Origin: Lingula anatina
Lineage: Eukaryota; Animalia; Brachiopoda
DNA: 64,000 nt
Assembly: GCA_051362555.1 (NCBI GenBank)
Contig: CM120642.1
Span: forward strand, 5,890,001 to 5,954,000
Reading direction: 5' to 3'
Shown: one piece after another, positions 52,246-64,000 of the stretch
Position numbering within the stretch: the stretch's first letter is position 1
How the letters are laid out: each line of letters opens with the position of its first letter
Made by a program: the position numbers and the translations under genes
The notes under the pieces: generated by a model
Told to the model about the DNA's origin: nothing
Databases searched by the model: none
The model's input: only the letters and a program-made list of their open reading frames with translations

Positions 52246-55200
52246 CATACAATAAGTGTCACAAACACAAACAAATATCCTACCATTATTTCTATAATTA
52301 AAATTTGTTATTACATGTTACAAGTGTATAACTGTGCAAATGTTCGTGTAAAGATTTAATTAAAATTCCTGAATTTCAGATATTCTTTGGGTGACAGCAT
52401 GATTATTGAATTTCCATTCCTTGGTACCAATCATCTCTAAATTTACCTTGCCTCATTCCTTTTCATTTTATTTTCACGATGACCATATTTTGATTAATTA
52501 CAAGTTGCCATGGAAACGCTTTAGCAGTTTGCAGGTGGTGAACTTGACAGATGTGGCTTAATAGGTGTCTAACATCTGTGTGAACAAATTGTTCAGACAC
52601 CATAGTAACAAGCAGTTACAATATGCATGCATGGGTTTTATCAAGGCTGCTTTGATGAGAAGCTATAGCTGAATGGCCTTCCAAGAATACGGAAAATTTT
52701 GCTTAATGCATTGCGTCAGACAAGGATGTACTGTAATGCTGATATACAATCATGTTAGATAACAGGCATCTTGGGACAGGCATTGTGAAGGAAACATGTG
52801 ACCAGTTTTGTTTATTACTTTTATGCTAATTGTTTTTTAACATAATGTTAGTCACAACTTAAAAAAAGACAGCACAGTCATCTGCTTGAATAATAGGTTA
52901 TTTATATAAACAACAGCTAAAATCAAAGCGACCCTGGGGCCTCTCCAGTCACGTCTTTCAGGAAATGAGTCTTCAGGTGTTATTGTAGCCTTCGTCTTGG
53001 ATAAGGGAAATTACTCGGTTTTTTTTGTAACTAGGTGTATGCAACAACTAATTGAAATTTTTCATTGCAACTACACAAGCAACTACAGAGACAATTTTCA
53101 CAAAATAACTCCAGCCGGAAAATTAATCTTTAAATGAAGAGGGCCAATTTTTTAATCTTTAAGTTTAGTCCAATTTTTGGTCTAAATTTCTATTGTGAAA
53201 TCGACCTTGGACCTCATCGCCATGGGTGAAAATGATGAGACTGTTTACCTGTTTTAGGTAAAAAGTTAGTCACATCTGACGTCACCACGACGCTCATTGC
53301 TTGGAGATAGCAGCCGATAAAAAGTCCCCGGTTGCGATAACAGTGCCTCCAGCGGACGTTCTTTATCATGTTATCAACATAGGCGTATCCAAAGGGGACG
53401 CATCCTTTTCTGTGTTTGTTTTTCTCCCCCCCCCCCCCCCCCTCCAGCGCCTATAATCGAGGAAAGACTCTCTGACGTTCTTTTCCCTTGTTCTTCAATT
53501 CTTATTGAGGAATATTAGGGCGGGGCTTGGTGAGTGATGGGCAAAGTTTAGCGGTTCGACTTTTTTTGCTTCCCCCTCACCCCACCCACATTCTTCCCTC
53601 TTGACATCCATTATTCACCAGTAAACAACACCGGTGACGTATGGAAACTAAGATTATCAGTAGTTTAAAATAGAACAATAACATGAAAAACACTGGTAAT
53701 ACAGGTCTGTCACCATGTGTGTATAATGTACAGCATTTTTGAAAAACTTGCCGTTACTTGACCAGCTTTCGTTTTCTTTTTGCTTCATCTTTTCTATATA
53801 CAAGTGTCAACATATGCATGTTTTATGAAAGATGTATAAAACTGATAAACAGCGATGATCCATATGTTTCAATGTGACTCTCACCGATGTTAATGTGCGT
53901 GCGTGTGTATGGATATACCGTTTGGATTATCGCATGCTTTCTTACTTATAAGAGGCGTCAACCCGTTGCAATCTCTAATTTTGTCGCCCACATAGACACT
54001 TTATGAGGTTATATTTAGGCTGCGCTTCCTTTTCGGTAAAGTTGTTATCAACTTTGCTAGGTGCATAAAAATAGCATTTTAAACAGTAGCCAAGAAGGTT
54101 ACAGTCTGGAAGTCTAATTTTAGCTACCGCGTCATCAGGAAAGAGTTGTTGATCTTAAAATTTCCTAATAGTAATGCGTCAGTTTTAGTAAACAAGGTCT
54201 GCCTGGGGGATCAGTGATCGTAGCACGATTTTTAAAAGATATCTTATTCATCGACATGATGTCGGTTGATAAAGCATGAGATGCACAGAACAAATAGTAA
54301 AACCTTCCCATTCCGACAGTAACTCCCCCTAGCCGGGGTTACACGCTGCGGATACAGCCGATTGAGTGCCGAGTAACACATTTATAAAGCTTTTTATTCG
54401 AAGAAAAGACTGCTTACCAGTAGGTTTAGGAATTAACGTGCTGTGCTGTTGCGAACTCATGCAATAACTTGCTTGTGCATCAATTTGTCCCAATGGCGTG
54501 CCACTTTGGTTCGATCAAGACGTGAACCGACTGGTGTAAACGGGCCTTGTGGCTTACCATGTACTTTGTCTTAATCTCTTTTTACATCTCTATGAAAATA
54601 TTATCGGGCATGTTTTACCTCAAATACGAAACCAAAACATGACTTCCCAGTGAATCATTGGAGATAATTGATCGAGTCCTCTATGGTTTCTTTGTTGTGT
54701 GTCTAGACTGTGGTAAAATCATCACGAGGGTTTTCTATTTTCCACTAAGAGAATTATGACAAAATACATCCAACAGAGAAAAAAAGGCATCACTCGGTTT
54801 ATGTCACCAAATAAATAAACGAAATAACCAGTGATTAAGTTCTCTCAATGCCAGCAGCATTTGTGCAGCCCCATCTGCAAAACCAAGTCTCAATTTGGGT
54901 AGTCGGAAGAACGCCAGCAGATAGTGAAATCGCTTCCAGATATATCTTAATATATAAAAATAAATATATAGTTACTGTAGAGGTTGTAGTGTAGTTATAT
55001 TTTTAGGTCACAGTCATCTTAAACATGTCCTTGTACCAAAATTGATTAACAGTAACCTCGGTAGATGGCGCGTTTTATAAACACAGATGTTTGGATCCAT
55101 CATCGCATTCGACCGCACGCCTCCAGTGATACAGAATCAGTGCCGCCGTAGTTGATGATAGGATTATTCAGTGCATCATCACTCTTAACACCAGGATCTC

Positions 55201-58200
55201 GGAATTATCTACTTAATCACTTCGATTAATACTAGGATAATCCTACAACTATCATTGTTAGAAATTATTTTTAATTGTAAGTTGGAGCAATCCGTGCTAT
55301 TCAATGATTTTAACCTAAGATCTAATAAACGGATAAATAAATGGTATATTAGATCTTAGTTTTAACAGAATAATGATTGAGTGTGTTCTTAAATGAATGG
55401 TCATTTTGGTGGCTTCGCAATATTTTATGCACAATTTAAATATTTTAACAATTATCTTAATTTAATGAACAAAAAAAAAACATTTCAGCCCCCCCCCCCC
55501 CTTAACTACTAGCATTGATATACAAACATGTTAAAAACATACTAACTTCATCTAAGCTAATGAAACATAATGCTGTGCATAAAATACTGTTACTAGAAAG
55601 ATTAATAAAACAGATTCAGTATCCTTGTAACAACAACTGCTGATGGTTCCCCCTTCTAATAACACAGTTGAACTATTACTACTCGGCAAATGTAATCACG
55701 TTCATCGCATTTACTGTTTATCAGGGTGACAAATTTATCTTTGCTGCTGTATGAAAATGACATCTGTTTAATGAAGTAATTAATTAATCAGTGTTCCGGA
55801 GACAGTCGGGCACGGTGTATTAGGTAGATTCATTTCTCAGAAGCCGTGTTCTTAATTCCATGCACTCTAGATGTTTTACTCGCATCCCCCTGTGCTAAAT
55901 ATTATTTGTAACAACTCTTTTCATTCCCTTTCCAGTCCCAAACAATTTCATTTCAGAAAAGAACGCCGGTCGCATTGGTAACATTTGACATCGTTTAAGA
56001 TTAAAAGAGACAAGCTAATCGTTGTTTGCAGACCGTCGTTTCATGTCGAGGTTGACAATTAAAAAAAATGATAAAATTATGAAGACAACGCCCTATATGA
56101 AAAATTATTCAATAGCAGAACAAAGCATTAAATCTCCACACATATTCAGAATTTTAGTAGCGGAAACATTTGCACCTGTAGTGCAGAAGATAGTTGATGT
56201 CAAGGTAGCTATATCTCCGTAATTAGTTTTCTTCTACAACCGTCATTCATAAAAAAAAAAAAAGAAAGACCTGGAAAAAATCGGCAGATGGACCGGATTA
56301 AGGTGTAATTACACTGAATCATCTCTTAATTGTTTTCGCGCACAATCAGGGCACCGTGTCAAAACAAAAGAAACCAAGAACAAAGAGCTTTGTTTGATCC
56401 GAGTGTTTGACATGCGTTAATTGACTTACTCATTCTTTCTGTATTGACTGTAAAAAACAGAATATCCTGCAAGGCTAGAACAATAGAGGTGATCGTGCTG
56501 TGTTCAGCTCTTTGTTTAAGAAGTTGGATATATAGAACGCATAGTTGGATAGTCCCATATAGGACACATTTTTTTTCGTTTCTCGAACAACTTGTGACTT
56601 GGACTCTGTTATTTTTTTATTCATTTATTTATTTATTTATTTATATACCTATTTTCTGTCTGTCTGTCCCTAATTTCAAAGTCTGCCTGTATGTTTGCTT
56701 TTTCTTTCCATTATCTGTCAATCTTTTCTGTCACATATTCATTCAATTACCCCAGAATAAGTACAATAATGTACGCTAACCTGCGCTTCACGTAAAACAA
56801 CTCGGTGAGAGCTATCACACCATATTGTCAAGTGCTCCTAGATGAAATAATTGATGCTCCGAGAAATCCCTATTTCCTCCACGATCCGATCAATCATTCT
56901 AAAGGAGAATTTCCCGATAGGTGTCCTCCTTCAAGAAGTGAGCACCAAACGGCCTTCTCCAGTAAGATCATTGATACTAAGGTAGGACATAGTTTCAACC
57001 CCAAAAATAAATCCTGGTTCACAATGCGAGACCTAGAGTAGTTTGGCTTGAGACTGCCGATTGCAATCAGTCGAAGATGATTGCTTTGCCACATGCTGTA
57101 TAAAGGACGTATAACACAACATGGCGTGATCAAGAAATATATTTTGTGTTATAAAAAGAGAAAAACCGATCTGGATATTGCCCAGTGTAACCAGTGCCTG
57201 ATTGAATGGCCTAACACCTGGGTTCATTTCAGCCCACGCTACTTGAGTGCGCGCGCACTCCCAGTAGAATTAAATCACCCTTTCCTGGAAACGACTGTCC
57301 TGCTGTCCAAGAACACTGATTTCCTGGAAAGAGGTTAATTTCAATTATCCCCGAATGACGCATCTTCGTTCCACGACAGATCTGATTTATAATCAGAGCT
57401 AAGGATCCAGACTAAATTGGAATTCCTAGATGGTGATAATTGCCCTAGATTTAAGTATTTGTTATTTTCCTAGAATTAGATATTTGTAATTGTCTTAGAT
57501 TTAACTGCTTGGAGTGAACAACGATACCGGGAAAAATACGAAGTTTGAGATATAAATACTTTTATTTTTGTGAATGAGGGAGAATTCAAAGCCTTGCTTC
57601 AGGGTTAATTCGTACAAAGACAAAGAAAAAAGATCCACCCAGCTGGGATTCGAGAAATACATTATGGTTTTCTCTTTATGATATCTTCATTTAAAATTGG
57701 TTATAAAAAGTTTTCTACATAATAGTCGAGATAAAATAGAAGCAATTATGCTGGTAATTGTCACGAATGTACTTTTCCCCACTTAATTTCTTTTTTTTTT
57801 TATCAAAGCACCCACAGATTTCCCCTGTAAACAGCTCACTTAATTTTCTCAGAACAACCAGATTCTTAGAAAAGTGCCAGTGGTTGCGGTATAAGGTCAC
57901 AGCAAGCAACAGGTCGCGTAAGGGTCATTTAATTTATTAAATTATATTATTTATTTATTTATATTTTTTTAATACACTAACACTCTAGCCATTCAAATCA
58001 TGATCTGCTTATTTTCTATTATTTATAAAGGATCTGATTTTTGAAGTTCTGTTGCACAAGCTGCAACACGCCATAGTAGAAAAGAACCAAAAAGACATTC
58101 TAGGAAATATTTGATTGCGGTGAGACGCCGGTGAAGAGAGCCGCGTCATATAATCGTGTTGTAAACAACGCCAGCTCACGTTGATGCACGCACATCAGTG

Positions 58201-61200
58201 CTGCTTATGAAAGCCACATCCAGGGTTTCCAGCGTTTTATTTCGCAATGTGCGGAAAGCTTTTTGTTTTCTTGTTGCAAACAATGGATAATACTTAGAAG
58301 CAGAGCCGCACAGAGAACCGATGTTATAAGCACGTGAAATTCACATGGCTGCACATAAAAATTGCTACTGCAACTTTGTTGGGAGAGAGTGTGAAAAGTT
58401 CTAAATACCCTCTACTTGGGTCACAGAATGATTTTTCGCTAGATTTTCACCGATATGTCTCTGGTTGATTCATTGCACTTATCTCTGTTGTGCACCAAAT
58501 TAATCTGCGGCGCTGGTTGAGGGTAAGTTTAGGCTCGGACACAAAATGTATATTGGGCGTTCCAGGTTTTAGATAGAAATGAATTAAACGCTGGAACGTC
58601 GATGAAATACAAACAAAACAAAACCTGTCCCGGTACATCACTAAATGAGTGAAACTGATTATCTTCTAAACGGAGAATAAACTAAAAAAATTCTTAAAAT
58701 TTTGCTGTAGTTTGGAAAGTCATTCCACTTGGAAGCGACGATCCAATTATCTTATCAGTTTTGTCTTTTTGCAGCAATTATCTCACCCGCTTATGGATTA
58801 GCGATATAAATTATTCAAAATGTTATAGAAAATAGAATTTTTCACTTGATTGGTGTCCTTGAAATCCTAACTGAATACGTACGTGCGTCATTTACTTGGC
58901 TGTATTAGGGATAATAACAATGGGTGTAATGAAATAGTAACGATCTTATCCGAAGTAGAATTAGAAAATTAATCTCTTTTGACAATGCCCTTAATAAGTT
59001 CGATTTTAAGGACGTCATACGCCAAAAATGGATCGCATTCATTCCACATTGATCCCCAAACATCAATTAAATGTGATGCGAAAAGTCCGAATGTGATCTC
59101 GTATCCTGTTCGGGTCAATACCTTCCAGATCGAATTATGTCCCGTTTAGACATTTTGTTGAGCAGTTTTGTTGTCCTTTTATTGTAGGCTGCCCCCCCCC
59201 CCCCAATCAGCCCCTATAGCGTCTTCCTAGAAAATGAAGCCACGTTAGCTCGCTAGTTATCGATTTTGTCCATAAATCCGCCTACGCATTAGACAGCAAC
59301 CGGAGAATACAAGAATGGCAGAATTTCTATCCGGTTGGTAAACAGAAACCCTTACGCTCAGTAGGCGTTGTTATTATGTGTTTGCATGTTTTGCTGGAGT
59401 TGTGCAAATAATGTTTGTTTTTTATTGAAAGGTTTCTTTTTCAACTAATTCGCCGATGTACATGTCCGGCGACTCTGTGAAGCGGTTGGCGGTTTGTGTT
59501 CTGGGAGTGTTCCTAGAATATTGTTCTGCGTGTAACTAACATCTAGCGAAGTACTATACTCTTTTTGAACTGACAAAGAAGGGCGCAGGAATGGCTAGAC
59601 GAAAAGATGTAAATCACTTTGAAAACATGGTTTTCCAACAAACACTGGGTATCATATGCTCCTTTACGCAACTGGTTGATTCCTTGAAACTCTACGCCTG
59701 AATATACCTAATACCGTATACGCGTAACTTTAAATCAAAAGACAAGTGAGAAGGGTAAAACAAAGTAATCTTTTTGCTAATTTAAATCTAACTTTATTTG
59801 ACTTAAAGATGTTAGGTAGAAAATGTTTCAAACCATATTTAAAGAAGACGTAATATCTTTTGGGATAAAATATTAAATTATAACACGCGGAATTAATAAA
59901 TGAGGCGAAGTTGAATATGGAGATTAAAAGAACGGTATTTAGACGCGATCAAAATTCGTTTCATGCATGGAGAATTTCGCACGAATGACAGCTTGTAACA
60001 TATTACTTTTCGTATCTAAAAACTGGCACTGGTACGTATACTCCATCCTATTTCAGATCACATACGAAGTTAAAACAAAATATGAGTCAAATTCCTTTTT
60101 ACTGTAAGTGTCTGAAAAACAAATTCAGTAGACCGGGTTAGAAAAGAATTTTATCAGCGTTATGCGCCGAGGATAGAGCTGTGATTTTACTTTTTAAAGT
60201 TAATCAAAATTAACAACTAGTATTAAAATTAGTTACCGATTTTAGTGACGTTGATCACCTACTTTGGAACGGAAAGTTATGCGAAACAGCATTGTTTCAC
60301 TCTTGTTTCAAGAGTATCTTCAGGCTGAATGTCCACAGGACATTAGGTGTTGGTGGACCTCTTAACGATATTAAATAGGGGTGGTAATTGGTAACAAAAA
60401 TCAGTACCTAATATAGCTCCTTGGAATTATGAACAATCGCATTGATAAAGTATTGAAATTGTTGTTTTCCTCCGATATTTCGATGTTCGATAATGAGCCG
60501 TTGATTGAATAAAAATTACTGCTTTATCCTTGGAAAACGGGTTCATATACTGGACAAAAATAGAGAATCAATCAATTACTTGTTGTTCGCATATAGTGAC
60601 CTTTCAAACAACAAGTAGCCGGCTTCGTCCTACGCAGAAAATCTGTGCAGCTAAATACAATCGAAAACACACTTTGTAAAATAACGCCTGCTGGGTTTAA
60701 ATCTGGAGCCATTCTATACATTTTGGGGCGGAAAGGGTGGGGCGGCTGTATTCCGCTTGTCATTTTGTTACCATTTTGACATTAAGTATTTTTATGTAGG
60801 CCCTATTATTATTTTCGGTGTAAATACGTTTGGTTTATGTTATTTACAGAAAGAGAGCGGCTGACGGATTCAATAAACATTAATGCTGGTCTTTAAGAGA
60901 CGCGTAGGTCGCCTTTACTCGGCATCTTGCAGTTCAAAACGTCGATGGCGACTTGCGTCAACACTAGTAACGATTTAACCCGACTTGCACCCGGCCCACA
61001 CTCGACGCGTTTCTAGGTAAGTTGAAACGACTTAACATAGTAGGTTCTGTCTAAACTTCCTATGTGATTACGATTTCTAGCCCAAGGAAGCACACCAACG
61101 CCGTGATTGGAGGGAAGTCTCGCTCAGCTCCATAGCATAGGCTACTCAAGTTTTAAGTACAGAAGCGAACAGCCTGTTGGGATAGTTGAGCCGTCCCAAG

Positions 61201-63007
61201 TTGTCTGAGAATGCGAATGAAGTAGCCTTCAATACATGCCCCGGCAAAACAGTATCGTTCACGTCAGTGATTTATTAATACAATAGGTGATGGAAATAAG
61301 CCATTGTCCTTCCGCCCATGTATTTACAGTAGGATTAACGGCAAGGTAGGCGAAATAATACCACATATGCTCACTTAATTAGAAATCAGTCGTGTTTAGG
61401 CTCTTGAAATCCCCTTACAACGTCCAGCTTCACATTAACAGGCTCAGATGTCGTAAAATTTCAGTATTAGGCTACTGTTTGCCACGGGTATGTTATTTAG
61501 TACAACTCCAGAAACGCATGGTTATGGAATTTCAAACATATTTTGAACATTTGTAAACTATTTGACAGTCACGCGTACGGCATGCACGCTCTGTTTTAAA
61601 TCACTCCACGTTTTACTTGAATTGCGCCAGGTAAGCCGAACATCCTGCTTCATTTTTAGCAACGGCGTGTTATTTATAGACGGGGGTCATTATGTCTAGT
61701 GAAACGGATGTGTGTGTGTGTGTGTGTGTGCGTGCGAGCGAGAGAAAGGGAGAGCTGATGAAAAAGCAAGCAATCTGATGCATTGCCTTGTTAACCATTA
61801 TAAGAGGCGAAATAAAAAAATAAATAATATATAAAATGAAAAAAGTATTACTTTACGAAAAGATGCCTTCTCCAGTTTTACCACTTCACCATTTTTATAA
61901 AGAACCTCACAAATAGACTATTCAATATTCACCTTCAATTTTCTGACTAGAAAAATACTATTCTAGCAAATCAATGTTTTCACACTGACTGAAAAAGAAA
62001 AAAAGAAAAAAATAGAATAGAACATGAGTGATCCAACCTTTTTCTGGCAAAAGACTGTAAAAATATAATTGCATAATTTCAAATAAAAATTCATTAAAAA
62101 ATCACATGATGACTGTTTATAATAAATACTGTTTTATTTTTCAGGTTCCTCTCAAACTGCTAATCCAGAGTTCCCAGTTTTTGAAGCTGTGAGCTCACAT
62201 TCTTAGTGCTTCAACAATCTGCCTTCTTCACTGATATAAGAACACTGCATGTACGCCATCTATTGATGAAACGTCTTAATATTTTCCACGGCTTTGGTGT
62301 CTCACCTTATGGCCCTGTAGATGAATGCAAGGGTTAGGATTTCAAAATAAATTTCCATTTAACCTTATTAACAGTCAACTTAGAATCCAAAGCAAGGCCC
62401 TCAAGCTGATACATCATCCCAAGCAGAGATCTCAAGCTGAAACAAATATATTAAGTTGAAGTATTACCCCAATCAGATTGCATTCACTCAAAACAGACCT
62501 CATCTTTTTTCCTCGTTGTCTATTACATGCAGTATCACATGGGAGTCAACTCTTGACAGAAGGCAGTATTGGTTGGGATATGCCAGCATATTTATAAATC
62601 TCCTGTGTCGAGTATCCCAGTGACTCCCTTTCGCCATGAAAGTTTTCATGTAATTATTAAACAGAGCAAAAAAAACCTGTAGCACTATCAATAAACACTG
62701 AATGTGTATGTATGTAACATTCAGATCTAATAATTCCTCTGTTCAGTGGCTTGTGCTCGTACTGGAACCACAGAGGTGAGACTGCTATTTATTGAAAAGT
62801 CATAAAATATGGCCTGGGTTCCAGGGGGTTACCTAGGCCAATGATATTTTTGGCTCCCAAATAGGCCAGAAATCCATGGACAGTCAGAAAAATCTCATCC
62901 GTGTAACTGATAGAACTCATTTAAAAGCATTTGTTCACATTGTATGTCAGCAATGTCCATGAGGTCAATTGTGAAGCTGTCCATGTCTTAAAACTGCCCA
63001 GTGGTCA

Positions 63008-63076
63008 TCACGCAGGCTTTATGGACAGTATGGAGCCAAATAAGAAGTGCTGCACTACAGGGAACTTTGCAAGTAC
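63008..63076 (-). CDS. PTPA: PTPA terminal coding exon
   Basis: ttctAG|VLAKFPVVQHFLFGSILSIKPA*; matches the PTPA C-terminal KFPVxQHFxFGS motif; the rest of the gene lies beyond the window end. Confidence 0.95.
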   Translation of the reverse strand, partial: VLAKFPVVQHFLFGSILSIKPA

Positions 63077-63685
63077 CTAGAATAATTGAATTTTGTCCTC
63101 TCAAAATCAACTATCAATTCATGTAAATATTTATTTCCTTAAATAATTGCTAAATTAAATATAAGGATTTTAACATTGCTGAACTTCTTTACTTGCTTAA
63201 TTTTCTTTTTACTATATAAATTTTTAGTTTCTAATTCACAGTGATATAGTTCACTTAGAAGTCCTTTTTGCCAACCTCTCAGTATATAAAAACATTTAAA
63301 ATTTGTTTTAGTTATGAAGTATAAATCCAAGACAGTTTGGTGGGCCCCAGGTTAAAATAACTTTTCATTATAATATTATATTTTGATTATTTCTTCAGAG
63401 ATCTACTGGTAAATCCTTCTCGAGTCTTCCTAGTCCTACAGGCCAGTGGGCAGCAATTTCACAGATGATAACTTTTTATTGAAAAGGTGGACCTTTTTAC
63501 CCCCCCCCCCCCTCCGCCGTTTTACAGTTGATCCAAGTTGCAAAATGGAAGAGCACGTAGTAGTCGAAATTATGACTAAGAGCAGACTAGTTCCCCACCC
63601 GTAAGATTTATTCCCCTCCCCCCTCCCATTCCACCGAGACTCTCCTGCCTACGAACATGTTCTACTCAAGTCCTGGTTTACATAC

Positions 63686-63793
63686 CTCTGCCTTGTACAT
63701 TTTCACTAGTCCAGAGTTCACTTTATGCCAGTGGGGCACTCCACTGATGTTCCACAACTGGTTAGAGTGCTCAGCAAACGGACCCGTTTTTAC
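63686..63793 (-). CDS. PTPA: PP2A phosphatase activator PTPA, penultimate exon
   Basis: cccAG|VKTGPFAEHSNQLWNISGVPHWHKVNSGLVKMYKAE|GTATGT; matches the conserved PTPA motif KTGPFAEHSNQLWNIS..MYKAE; not in ORF track. Confidence 0.95.
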
Positions 63794-64000
63794 CTGGGTG
63801 GGAAAAATACAAATACCTGATTCGTCCAAGATTCCTTACAGAGTTCGCTTTCTATCTATTTAGATATACCCTCATAAAAAGTAGTATTGTAAGTCATTAA
63901 CTACGTAAATACTTTTAAATATTGAAATGGTATTGTTGTCATCAGTATAAAATGCAGATGAAGAAAAAATGTTTAAGTCAGCATACAAAACAAATAGAAA

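Noticed and set aside
56805-57338. Cluster of short ORFs on both strands
   Set aside because: No recognisable domain and no consistent splice-phase chain
62140-62691. Exon-like segments and a 63-aa minus-strand ORF near the window end
   Set aside because: Frames are interrupted by stops; most simply the PTPA 3' UTR or flank
63657-63863. 68-aa plus-strand ORF
   Set aside because: Antisense to PTPA exon 63686-63793

Overview
Eukaryotic, AT-rich invertebrate genomic DNA with spliceosomal introns, microsatellites and MITE-like repeats (a lophotrochozoan is my inference). Five protein-coding genes can be assembled by hand. (1) A minus-strand secreted Cys-rich protein with Argos/scoloptoxin-11-like cysteine spacing (exons 2755-2859, 1689-1866, 1027-1244, probably 513-533); its promoter plus signal-peptide exon is duplicated at ~5700-6265. 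(2) A minus-strand three-coding-exon polypeptide GalNAc-transferase (8017-10941). (3) A divergently transcribed ~2200-aa C2H2 zinc-finger protein (15690-26361) carrying an embedded, spliced nuclear-receptor-type C4 DNA-binding domain with no ligand-binding domain, plus an H3K9-tail mimic (TARKSTG). (4) An intronless IER-family immediate-early gene (29570-30385) with a motif-dense CArG/CRE/NF-kB/AP-1 promoter. (5) The last two exons of PTPA/PPP2R4 on the minus strand (63008-63793), absent from the ORF track. IER and PTPA sit tail-to-tail across ~32 kb with no recognisable gene, mirroring the human PTPA-IER5L pair; both protein families regulate PP2A.
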